A stretch of 64,000 bases of DNA from Eledone cirrhosa (taxonomy: Eukaryota), in contig OZ024744.1 in NCBI GenBank assembly GCA_964016885.1, positions 110,422,001 to 110,486,000 of the forward strand, in the 5' to 3' direction. The stretch's first letter is position 1. Every line of letters begins with the position of its first letter. The position numbers and the translations under genes are program-made. Of this stretch, positions 14,001-28,400 are shown piece by piece. The notes under the pieces were generated by a model that was given only the letters and a program-made list of their open reading frames with translations, did not search any database and had not been told where the DNA came from.

Positions 14001-17000
14001 CGCCCTGAACACACTAAAACTACACAATCCACTATAAATTACCTTGCTCTGAACACAGTAAAACTACATAATCCACTATAACTTACCTTGCCCTGAACAC
14101 AGTAAAACTACACAATCCACTATAAATTACCTTGCTCTGAACACAGTAAAACTACACAATCCACTATAACTTACCTTGCCTTGAAGACAGTAAAGCTACA
14201 CAATCCACTATAACTTAAATTGCCCTTAACTCAGTAAAACTACATAATCCACTGTAACTTACCTTGCCCTGAACACAGTATAACTTACCTTGCTCTGAAC
14301 ACAGTAAAACTACACAATCCAATTCAACTTACCTTGCTCTGAACACAGTAAAACTACACAATCCACTATAACTGACCTTGCTCTGAACACAGTAAAACTA
14401 CACAACCCACTATAACTTACCTTGCCCTGAACACAGTAAAACTACACAATCCACTATAACTTACCTTGCCCTGAACACAGTAAAACTACACAATCCACTA
14501 TAACTTACCTTGCTCTGAACACAGTAAAACTACACAATCCACCATAACTTACCTTGCCCTGAACACAGTAAAAGAACACAATCTTCTATAACTTACCTTG
14601 CCCTGAATACAGTAAAACTACACAATCCACTATAACTTACCTTGCCCTGAACACAGTAAAACTACACGATCCACTATAAATTACCTTGCCCTGAACACAG
14701 TAAAACTACACAATCCACTATAACACACCTTCCCCTGAACACAGTAAAACTACACAATCCACTATAACTTACCTTGTCCTGAACACACTAAAACTACACA
14801 ATCCACTATAACTTAACTGGCCCTGAACAAAGTAAAATTACACAATCCACTATAACTTAGCTTGCACTGAACACAGTAAAACTACACAATCCACTATAAC
14901 TTAACTTGCTCTGAACACAGTAAAACTACACAATCCTCTATAACTTACCTTGCTCTGAACACAGTAAAACTAAATAATCCACTATAACTTACCTTGCCCT
15001 GAACACACTAAAACTACACAATCTTCTATAACTTACCTTGCTCTGAACACAGTAAAACTAGACAATCCCCTATACCTTACCTTGCTCTGAACACAGTAAA
15101 ACTACACCATCCACTATAACTTACCTTGCCCTGAACACAGTAAAACTACACAATCCACTATAACTTAAATTGCCCTGAACTCAGTAAAACTACATAATCC
15201 ACTGTACTTACATTGCCCTGAACACAGTAAAACTACACAACCCACTATAACTTACCTAGCCCTGAACACAGTAAAACTACACAACCCACTATAACTTACC
15301 TAGCCCTGAACACAGTAAAAGTACATAATCCACTATAACTTACCTTGCTCTGAACACAGTATAACTTACCTTGCTCTGAAGACAGTAAAACTACACAATC
15401 CACTTTAACTTACCTTTCTCTGAACACTGTAAAACTACACAATCCACTATAACTTACCTTGCTCTGAACACAGTAAAACTACACAATCCACTATAACTTA
15501 CCTTGCCCTGAACACAGTAAAACTACGTAATCCACTATAACTTACCTTGCCCTGAACACAGTAAAACTACACGATCCACTATAACTTACCTTGCCCTGAA
15601 CACAGTAAAACTACACAATCCACTATAACTTACCTTGCTCTGAACACAGTAAAACTACACAATCCACTATAACTTACCTTGCCCTGAACACAGTAAAACT
15701 ACGTAATCCACTATAACTTACCTTGCCCTGAACACAGTAAAACTACACGATCCACTATAACTTACCTTGTCCTGAACATAGTAAAACTACACAATCCACT
15801 ATAACTAACCTTGCTCTGAACACAGTAAAACTACACAATCCACTATAACTTACCTTGCCCTGAACACAGTAAAACTACACAATCCACTATAACTAACATT
15901 GCTCTGAACACAGTAAAACTATACAATCCACCATAACTTACCTTGCCCTGAACACAGTAAAACTACACAATCCACTATAACTTACCTTGACCTGAACAGA
16001 GTAAAACTACACAATCCACTATAACTTACCTTGCCCTGAACACACTAAAACTACACAATCCACTATAACTTAACTGGCCCTGAACACAGTAAAACTACAC
16101 AATCCACTATAACTTACCTTGCACTGAAAACAGTAAAACTACACAACCCAATATGACTTACCTTGCTCTGAACACAGTAAAACTACACAATCCACTATAA
16201 CTTACCTTGCCTTGAATATAGTAAAAGAACGTAATCCACTATAACTTACCTTCCTTTGAACACAGTAAAACTACACAATCCACTATAATTTACCTTGCCC
16301 TGAACACAGTAAAACTACAAGATCCACTATAACTTACCTTGCTCTGAACACAGTAAAACTACATAATCCACTATAACTTAACTTGCCCTGAACACAGTAA
16401 AACTAACACAATCCACTATAACTTACCTTGCTCTGAACACAGTAAAACTACACAATCCACTATAACTTACCTGGCTCTGAACACAGTGAAACTACACAAT
16501 CCACTATAACTTACCTTGCTCTGAACACAGTAAAACTAAATAATCCACTATAACTTACCTTGCTCTGAAAACAGTGAAACTACACAATCCACTATAACGT
16601 ACCTTGCCCTGAACACAGTAAAACTAACACAATCAACTATAGCTTACCTTGCCCTGAACACAGTAAAACTACACAATCCACTATAAATTACCTTGCTCTG
16701 AACACAGTAAAACTAACACAATCAACTATAACTTACCTCGCCCTGAACACACTAAAACTACACAATCCACTATAAATTACCTTGCTCTGAACACAGTAAA
16801 ACTACATAATCCACTATAACTTACCTTGCCCTGAACACAGTAAAACTACACAATCCACTATAAATTACCTTGCTCTGAACACAGTAAAACTACACAATCC
16901 ACTATAACTTACCTTGCCTTGAAGACAGTAAAGCTACACAATCCACTATAACTTAAATTGCCCTTAACTCAGTAAAACTACATAATCCACTGTAACTTAC

Positions 17001-17015
17001 CTTGCCCTGAACACA
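5040..17015. repeat. Nested HOR: 2049-bp (47-mer) and 2738-bp (63-mer) units in order A-B-A-B-B(partial), super-period 4787 bp
   Basis: The marker CTAGACAATCCCCTATACC has its G at 5487, 7536, 10274, 12323 and 15061 (gaps 2049, 2738, 2049, 2738). The B-specific marker TTACCTGGCTCT is at 8948, 13735 and 16473 (gaps 4787, 2738). Confidence 0.92.
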
Positions 17016-19519
17016 GTAAAAGAACACAATCTTCTATAACTTACCTTGCCCTGAATACAGTAAAACTACACAATCCACTATAACTTACCTTCCTCTAAAC
17101 ACAGTAAAACTACACAATCCACTATAACTTACCTTGCCCTGAACACAGTAAAACTACACAATCCACTTCAACTTACCTTGCTCTGAACACAGTAAAACTA
17201 CACAATCCACTATAACTTACCTTGCCCTGAACACAGTAAAACTACATAATCCACTATAACTTACCTTGCCCTGAACACAGTAAAACTACACCATCCACTA
17301 TAAATTACCTTGCCCTGAACACAGTAAAACTACACAATCCACTATAATTTACCTTGACCTGAACACAGTAAAACTACACAATCCACTATAACTTACCTTG
17401 CCCTGAACACAGTAAAAGTACATAATCCACTATAACTTACCTTGCTCTGAACACAGTATAACTTACCTTGCTCTGAACACAGTAAAACTACACGATCCAA
17501 TTTAACTTACCTTGCATTGAACACAGTAAAACTACACAATCCACTATAACTTACCTTGCTCTGAACACAGTAAAACTACATAATCCACTATAACTTACCT
17601 TGCCCTGAACAGAGTAAAACTACACAATCCACTATAACTTACCTTGCCCTGAACACACTAAAACTACACAATCCACTATAACTTAACTGGCCCTGAACAC
17701 AGTAAAACTACACAATCCACTATAACTTACCTTGCACTGAAAACAGTAAAACTACACAACCCACTATAACTTACCTTGCTCTGAACACAGTAAAACTACA
17801 CAATCCACTATAACTTACCTTGCCCTGAACACAGTAAAACTACACAATCCACTATAACTTACCTTCCATTGAACACAGTAAAACTACACAATCCACTATA
17901 ATTTACCTTGCCCTGAACACAGTAAAACTACAAGATCCACTATAACTTACCTTGCTCTGAACACAGTAAAACTACATAATCCACTATAACTTACCTTGCC
18001 CTGAACACAGTAAAAATAACACAATCCACTATAACTTACCTTGCCCTGAACACAGTAAAACTACACAATCCACTATAAATTACGTTGCCCTGAACATACT
18101 AAAACTACACAATCTTCTATAACTTACCTTGCCCTGAACACAGTAAAACTACACAATCCACTGTAACTTACCATGCCCTGAACACAGTAAAACTACACAA
18201 TCCACTATAACTTACCTTGCCCTGAACACAGTAAAACTACACAATCCACTATAACTTACCTTGCCCTGAACACTGTAAAACTACACAAACCACTATAACT
18301 TACCTTGCCCTGAACACAGTAAAACTAAACAATCCACTATAACTTACCTTGCCCTGAACACAGTAAAACTACACGATCCACTATAAATTACCTTGCCCTG
18401 AACACAGTAAAACTACACAATCCACTATAACACACTTTCCCCTGAACACAGTAAAACTACACAATCCACTATAACTTACCTTGTCCTGAACACACTAAAA
18501 CTACACAATCCACTATAACTTAACTGGCCCTGAACACAGTAAAATTACACAATCCACTATAACTTAGCTTGCACTGAACACAGTAAAATTACACAATCCA
18601 CTATAACTTAGCTTGCTCTGAACACAGTAAAACTACACCATCCACTATAACTTACCTTGCCCTGAACACAGTAAAACTACACAATCCACTATAACTTAAA
18701 TTGCCCTGAACTCAGTAAAACTACATAATCCACTGTACTTACATTGCCCTGAACACAGTAAAACTACACAACCCACTATAACTTACCTAGCCCTGAACAC
18801 AGTAAAACTACACAACCCACTATAACTTACCTAGCCCTGAACACAGTAAAAGTACATAATCCACTATAACTTACCTTGCTCTGAACACAGTGTAACTTAC
18901 CTTGCTCTGAAGACAGTAAAACTACACAATCCACTTTAACTTACCTTTCTCTGAACACAGTAAAATTACACAATCCACTATAACTTACCTTGCTCTGAAC
19001 ACAGTAAAACTACACAATCCACTATAACTTACCTTGCCCTGAACACACTAAAACTACGTAATCCACTATAACTTACCTTGCCCTGAACACAGTAAAACTA
19101 CACAATCCACTATAACTTAACTGGCCCTGAACACAGGAAAACTACACAATCCACTATAACTTACCTTGCCCTGAACACACTAAAACTACGTAATCCACTA
19201 TAACTTACCTTGCCCTGAACACAGTAAAACTACACAATCCACTATAACTTAACTGGCCCTGAACACAGGAAAACTACACAATTCACTATAACTTACCTTG
19301 CCCTGAACACAGTAAAACTACACAATCCACTATAACTTAAATTGCCCTGAACTCAGTAAAACTACATAATCCGCTGTAACTTACGTTGCCCTGAACACAG
19401 CATAACTTACCTTGCTCTGAACACAGTAAAACTACACAATCCAATTTAACTTACCTTGCTCTCAACACAGTAAAACTACACAATCCACTTTAACTTACCT
19501 TGATCTGAACACAGTAAAA

Positions 19520-22500
19520 CTACACAATCCACTATAACTTACCTTGCTCTGAACACAGCAAAACTACACAATCCACTTTAACTTACCTTGCTCTGAACAC
19601 AGTAAAACTACACAATCCACTATAACTTACCTTGACCTGAACGCAGTAAAACTAACACAATCCACTATAACTTACCTTTCCCTGAACACAGTGAAACTAC
19701 ATAATCCACTATAATTTACCTTGCCCTGGACACAGTAAAAGTACATAATCCACTATAACTTACTTACCTTGCCCTGAACGCAGTGAAACTACACAATTCA
19801 CTATAACTTACCTTGCCCTGAACACAGTAAAACTACACAATCCACTATAACTGACCTTGCTCTGAACACAGTAAAACTACACAACCCACTATAACTTACC
19901 TTGCCCTGAACATAGTAAAAGAACGTAATCCACTATAACTTACCTTCCTCTGAACACAGTAAAACTACACAATCCACTATAATTTACCTTGCCCTGAACA
20001 TAGTAAAAGAACGTAATCCACTATAACTTACCTTCCTCTGAACACAGTAAAACTACACAATCCACTATAATTTACCTTGCCCTGAACACAGTAAAACTAC
20101 AAGATCCTCTATAACTTACCTTGCTCTGAACACAGTAAAACTACATAATCCACTATAGCTTACCTTGCCCTGAACACAGTAAAACTACACAATCCACTAT
20201 AACTTACCTTGCCTGAACACAGTAAAACTACACAATCCACTATAGTTTACCTTCCTCTGAACACAGTAAAACTACACAATCCACTATAATTTACCTTGCC
20301 CTGAAAACAGTAAAACTACACAATCCACTATAAATTACGTTGCCTTGAACATACTAAAACTACACAACTTCTATAACCTACCTTGCCCTGAACACAGTAA
20401 AACTACACAATCCACTATAAATTACCTTGCCCTGAACACAGTAAAACTACACGATCCACCATAACTTACCTTGCCCTGAACACAGTAAAACTACACAATC
20501 CACTATAGCTTACCTTGCCCTGAACACAGTAAAACTACACAATCCACTATAAATTACGTTGCCTTGAACATACTAAAACTACACAACTTCTATAACCTAC
20601 CTTGCCCTGAACACAGTAAAACTACACAATCCACTATAAATTACCTTGCCCTGAACACAGTAAAAGTACACGATCCACCATAACTTACCTTGCCCTGAAC
20701 ACAGTAAAACTACACAATCCACTATAGCTTACCTTGCCCTGAACACAGTAAAACTACACAATCCACTATAACTTACCTTGCCTGAACACAGTAAAACTAC
20801 ACAATCCACTATAGTTTACCTTCCTCTGAACACAGTAAAACTACACAATCCACTATAATTTACCTTGCCCTGAAAACAGTAAAACTACACAATCCACTAT
20901 AAATTACGTTGCCTTGAACATACTAAAACTACACAACTTCTATAACCTACCTTGCCCTGAACACAGTAAAACTACACAATCCACTATAAATTACCTTGCC
21001 CTGAACACAGTAAAACTACACGATCCACCATAACTTACCTTGCCCTGAACACAGTAAAACTACACAATCCACTATAACTTACCTTGCCCTGAACACAGTA
21101 AAACTACACAATCCACTATAAATTACCTTGCCCTGAACACAGTAAAACTACACAATCTTCTATAACTTACCTTGCCCTGAACACAGTAAAACTACACAAT
21201 CCACTATAACTTACCTTGCTCTGAACACAGTGAAACTACACAATCCACTATAACTTACCTTGCCCTGAACACAGTAAAACTACATAATCCACTATAACTT
21301 ACCTTGCCCTGAACACACTAAAACTACACAATCTTCTATAACTTACCTTGCCCTGACGACAGTAAAACTACACAATCCACTATAACTTACCTTGCTCTGA
21401 ACACAGTAAAACTACACAATCCACTTTAACTTACCTTGCTCTGAACACAGTAAAACTACACAATCCACTATAACTTACCTTGACCTGAACACAGTAAAAC
21501 TAACACAATCCACTATAACTTACCTTTCACTGAACACAGTGAAACTACATAATCCACTATAATTTACCTTGCCCTGGACACAGTAAAAGTACATAATCCA
21601 CTATAACTTACTTACCTTGCCCTGAACGCAGTGAAACTACACAATTCACTATAACTTACCTTGCCCTGAACACAGTAAAACTACATAATCCACTATAATA
21701 TAACATGCTCGGAACACAGTAAAACTACACAACCCACTATAACTTACCTTGCCCTGAACATAGTAAAAGAACGTAATCCACTATAACTTACCTTCCTCTG
21801 AACACAGTAAAACTACACAATCCACTATAATTTACCTTGCCCTGAACATAGTAAAAGAACGTACTCCACTATAACTTACCTTCCTCTGAACACAGTAAAA
21901 CTACACAATCCACTATAATTTACCTTGCCCTGAACACAGTAAAACTACAAGATCCTCTATAACTTACCTTGCTCTGAACACAGTAAAACTACATAATCCA
22001 CTATAGCTTACCTTGCCCTGAACACAGTAAAACTACACAATCCACTATAACTTACCTTGCCTGAACACAGTAAAACTACACAATCCACTATAGTTTACCT
22101 TCCTCTGAACACAGTAAAACTACACAATCCACTATAATTTACCTTGCCCTGAAAACAGTAAAACTACACAATCCACTATAAATTACGTTGCCTTGAACAT
22201 ACTAAAACTACACAACTTCTATAACCTACCTTGCCCTGAACACAGTAAAACTACACAATCCACTATAAATTACCTTGCCCTGAACACAGTAAAACTACAC
22301 AATCCACCATAACTTACCTTGCCCTGAACAGAGTAAAACTACACAATCCACTATAACTTACCTTGCCCTGAACACAGTAAAACTACACAATCCACTATAA
22401 ATTACCTTGCCCTGAACACAGTAAAACTACACAATCTTCTATAACTTACCTTGCCCTGAACACAGTAAAACTACACAATCCACTATAACTTACCTTGCTC

Positions 22501-22640
22501 TGAACACAGTGAAACTACACAATCCACTATAACTTACCTTGCCCTGAACACAGTAAAACTACATAATCCACTATAACTTACCTTGCCCTGAACACACTAA
22601 AACTACACAATCTTCTATAACTTACCTTGCCCTGAAGACA
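19520..22640. repeat. Block duplication at 1848-bp offset with private variants
   Basis: The 4-bp duplication CTATAACTTACTTACC is at 19753 and 21601, and AATTACGTTGCCTTG has its G at 20339 and 22187 (both offsets 1848). Confidence 0.85.
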
Positions 22641-23919
22641 GTAAAACTACACTATCCACTATAACTTAAATTGCCCTGAACTCAGTAAAACTACATAATC
22701 CACTGTAACTTAAATTGCCCTAACACAGTAAAACTACACAACCCACTATAACTTACCTTGCACTGAACACAGTAAAAGTACAGTTCTACTATAACTTACC
22801 TTGCCCTGAACACAGTATAACTTACCTTGCTCTGAACACAGTAAAACTACACAATCCAATTCAACTTACCTTGCTCTGAACACAGTAAAACTACACAATC
22901 CACTTTAACTTACCTTGCTCTGAACACAGTAAAATTACACAATCCACTATAACTTACCTTGCTCTGAACACAGTAAAAGTACACAATCCACTATAAATTA
23001 CCTTGCCTTGAACACAGTAAAATTGCACAATCCACTATAACTAACATTGCCCCGAACACAGTAAAACTACACAATCCACTATAACTTACCTTGCCCTGAA
23101 CACAGTAAAACTACGTAATCCACTATAACTTACCTTGCCCTGAACACAGTAAAACTACACAATCCACTATAATTTACCTTGCCCTGAACACAGTAAAACT
23201 ACACAATCCACTATAACTTACCTTGCCCTGAACACAGTAAAAGTACATAATCCACTATAACTTACCTTGCCCTGAACACAGTATAACTTACCTTGCTCTG
23301 AACACAGTAAAACTACACAATCCAATTTAACTTACCTTGCCTTGAACACAGTAAAACTACACAATTTACTATAACTTACCTTGCCCTGAACACAGTAAAA
23401 CTACATAATCCACTATAACTTACCTTGCCCTGAACACAGTAAAACTAACACAATCCACTATAACTTACCTTGCCCTGAACACAGTAAAACTACACAATCC
23501 ACTATAAATTACGTTTCCATGAACATACTAAAACTACAGAATCTTCTATAACTTACCTTGCCCTGAACACAGTAAAACTACACAATCCACTATAACTTAC
23601 CTTGCCCTGAACACAGTAAAACTACACAATCCACTGTAACTTACCATGCCCTGAACACAGTAAAACTACACAATCCACTATAACTTACCTTGCCCTGAAC
23701 ACAGTAAAACTACACAATCCACTTCAACTTACCTTGCTATGAACACAGTAAAACTACACAATCCACTATAACTTACCTTGCCCTGAACACAGTAAAATTA
23801 CACAATCCACTATAACTTACCTTGCCTCGAACACAGTAAAACTACATAATCCACTATAACTTAACATGCTCTGAACACAGTAAAACTACACAACCCACTA
23901 TAACTTCCCTTGCCCTGAA

Positions 23920-26900
23920 CACATTAAAACTACACAATCCACAATAACTTACCTTGCCCTGAACATAGTAAAACTACGTAATCCACTATAACTTATCTTC
24001 CTCTAAACACAGTAAAACTACACAATCCACTATAACTTACCTTGCCCTGAACACAGTAAAACTACACAATCCACTATAACTTACCTTGCCCTGAACACAG
24101 TAAAACTACACAATCCACTATAACTTACTTTGCCCTGAACACAGTAAAACTACACAATCCACTATAACTTACCTTGCCCTGAACACAGTAAAACTACATG
24201 ATCCACTATAACTTACCTTGCCCTGAACACGGTAAAACTACACAATCCACTATAACTAACCTTGCTCTGAACACAGTAAAACTACACAATCCACTATAAC
24301 TTACCTTGCCCTGAACACACTAAAACTACACAATCCACTATAACTTAACTGGCCCTGAACACAGTAAAACTACACAATCCACTATAACTTACCTTGCACT
24401 GAACACAGTAAAACTACACAATCCACTATAACTTACCTTGCTCTGAACACAGTAAAACTACACAATCCTCTATAACTTACCTTGCTCTGAACACAGTGAA
24501 ACTACACAATCCACTATAACTTACCTTGTTCTGAACACAGTAAAACTAAATAATCCACTATAACTTACCTGGCCCTGAACACAGGGAAACTACACAATCC
24601 ACTATAACTTACGTTGCCCTGAACACAGTAAAACTAACACAATCCACTATAACTTACCTTGCCCTGAACACAGTAAAACTACACAATCCACTATAAATTA
24701 CCTTGCCCTGAACACAGTAAAACTACACAATCCACTATAACTTACCTTGCTCTGAACACAGTAAAACTACACAATCCACTATAACTTACTTTGCCCTGAA
24801 CACAGTAAAACTACACAATCCACTATAAATAAATTACCTTGCTCTGAACACAGTAAAACTACATAATCCACTATAACTTACCTTGCCCTGAACACACTAA
24901 AACTAGACAATCTTCTATAACTTACCTTGCCCTGAACACAGTAAAACTAGACAATCCCCTATACCTTACCTTGCTCTGAACACAGTAAAACTACACAATC
25001 CACTATAACTTACTTTTCTGAACACAGTAAAACTACACAATCCACTATAACTTAAATTGCCCTGAACTCAGTAAAACTAAATAATCCACTGTACCTTACC
25101 TTGCCCTGAACACAGTAAAACTACACAACCCACTATAACTTACCTTGCCCTGAACACAGTAAAACTACACAATCCACTATAACTTACCTTGCTCTGAACA
25201 CAGTAAAACTACATAATCCACTATAACTTACCTTGCCCTGAACACAGTAAAACTAACACAATCCACTATAACTTACCTTGCCCTGGACACAGTAAAACTA
25301 CACCATCCACTATAAATTACGTTGCCATGAACATACTAAAACTACACGATCTTCTATAACTTACCTTGCCCTGAACACAGTAAAACCACACAATCCACTA
25401 TAACTTACCTTGCCCTGAACACAGTAAAGCTACACAATCCACTATAAATTACGTTGCCCTGAACATACTAAAACTACACAATCTTCTATAACTTACCTTG
25501 CCCTGAACACAGTAAAACTACACAATCCACTATAACTTACCTTGCCCTGAACACAGTAAAACTACACAATCCACTATAACTTACCTTGCCCTGAACACTG
25601 TAAAACTACATAATCCACTATAACTTACCTTGCCCTGAAACAGTAAAACTACACAAACCACTATAACTTACCTTGCCCTGAACACAGTAAAACTACACAA
25701 TCCACTATAACTTACCTTGCCCTGAACACAGTAAAACTACACGATCCACTATAAATTACCTTGCCCTGAACACAGTAAAACTACACAATCCACTATAACA
25801 CACCTTCCCCTGAACACAGTAAAACTACACAATCCACTATAACTTACCTTGCCCTGAACACAGTAAAACTACACAATCCACTATAACTTACCTTGCCCTG
25901 AACACAGTAAAACTACACAATCCACTATAACTTACCTTGACCTGAACACCATAAAACTACACAATCCACTTCAACTTATCTTGCTCTGAACACAGTAAAA
26001 CTACACAATCCACTATAACTTACCTTGCCTTGAACACAGTAAAATTACACAATCCACTATAACTAACCTTGCCCTGAACACAGTAAGACTACACATTCCA
26101 CTATAACTTACCTTGCCCTGAACACAGTAAAAGTACATAATCCACTATAACTTACCTTGACCTGAACACAGTATAACTTACCTTGCTCTGAACACAGTAA
26201 AACTACACAATCCAATTTAACTTACCTTGCTCTGAACACAGTAAAACTACACAATCCACTTTAACTTACCTTGCTCTGAACACAGTAAAACTACACAATC
26301 GACTATAACTTACCTTGCTCTGAACACAGTAAAACTACACAATCCACTTTAACTTACCTTGCTCTGAACACAGCAAAACTACACAATCCTCTATAACTTA
26401 CCTTGCCTTGAACACAGTAAAATTACACAATCCACTATAACTAACCTTGCCCCGAACACAGTAAAACTACACAATCCACTATAACTTACCTTGATCTGAA
26501 CACAGTAAAACTACACAATCCACTTTAACTTACCTTGCTTTGAACACAGTAAACTACACAATCCACTATAACTTACCTTGCCCTGAACACAGTAAAACTA
26601 CGTAATCCACTATAACTTACCTTGCCCTGAACACAGTAAAACTAGACAATCCACTATAACTTACCTTGCCCTGAACACAGTAAAACTACACAATCCACTT
26701 CAACTTACCTTGCTCTGAACACAGTAAAACTACACAATCCACTATAACTTACCTTGCCCTGAACACAGTAAAACTACACAATCCACTATAACTTACCTTG
26801 CCCTGAACACAGTAAAACTACACAATCCACTATAACTTACCTTGCCTGAACACAGTAAAACTACACAATCCACTATAACTTACCTTGCCCTGAACACAGT

Positions 26901-28400
26901 AAAACTACACAATCCACTATAACTTACCTTGCCCTGAACACAGCAAAACTACACAATCCACTTCAACTTACCTTGCTCTGAACACAGTAAAACTACACAG
27001 TCCACTATAACTTACCTTGCCCTGAACACAGTAAAACTACACAATCCACTATAACTTACTTTGCTCTGAACACAGTAAAACTACACAATCCACTTTAACT
27101 TACCTTGCCCTGAACACAGTAAAACTACACAATCCACTTCAACTTACCTTGCCCTGAACACAGTAAAATTACACAATCCACTATAAGTTACCTTGCCCTG
27201 AACACAGTAAAACTACACAATCCACAATAACTTACCTTGCCCTGAACATAGTAAAACTACGTAATCCACTATAACTTATCTTCCTCTAAACACAGTAAAA
27301 CTACACAATCCACTATAACTTACCTTGCCCTGAACACAGTAAAACTACACAATCCACTATAACTTACCTTGCCCTGAACACAGTAAAACTACACAATCCA
27401 CTATAACTTACTTTGCCCTGAACACAGTAAAACTACACAATCCACTATAACTTACCTTGCCCTGAACACAGTAAAACTACATGATCCACTATAACTTACC
27501 TTGCCCTGAACACGGTAAAACTACACAATCCACTATAACTAACCTTGCTCTGAACACAGTAAAACTACACAATCCACTATAACTTACCTTGCCCTGAACA
27601 CACTAAAACTACACAATCCACTATAACTTAACTGGCCCTGAACACAGTAAAACTACACAATCCACTATAACTTACCTTGCACTGAACACAGTAAAACTAC
27701 ACAATCCACTATAACTTACCTTGCTCTGAACACAGTAAAACTACACAATCCTCTATAACTTACCTTGCTCTGAACACAGTGAAACTACACAATCCACTAT
27801 AACTTACCTTGTTCTGAACACAGTAAAACTAAATAATCCACTATAACTTACCTGGCCCTGAACACAGGGAAACTACACAATCCACTATAACTTACGTTGC
27901 CCTGAACACAGTAAAACTAACACAATCCACTATAACTTACCTTGCCCTGAACACAGTAAAACTACACAATCCACTATAAATTACCTTGCCCTGAACACAG
28001 TAAAACTACACAATCCACTATAACTTACCTTGCTCTGAACACAGTAAAACTACACAATCCACTATAACTTACTTTGCCCTGAACACAGTAAAACTACACA
28101 ATCCACTATAAATAAATTACCTTGCTCTGAACACAGTAAAACTACATAATCCACTATAACTTACCTTGCCCTGAACACACTAAAACTAGACAATCTTCTA
28201 TAACTTACCTTGCCCTGAACACAGTAAAACTAGACAATCCCCTATACCTTACCTTGCTCTGAACACAGTAAAACTACACAATCCACTATAACTTACTTTT
28301 CTGAACACAGTAAAACTACACAATCCACTATAACTTAAATTGCCCTGAACTCAGTAAAACTAAATAATCCACTGTACCTTACCTTGCCCTGAACACAGTA
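23920..28400. repeat. About 1.2-kb block duplicated at 3283-bp offset
   Basis: CACTATAAATAAATTACC is at 24821 and 28104; CAGGGAAAC has its first G at 24584 and 27867. Confidence 0.85.
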
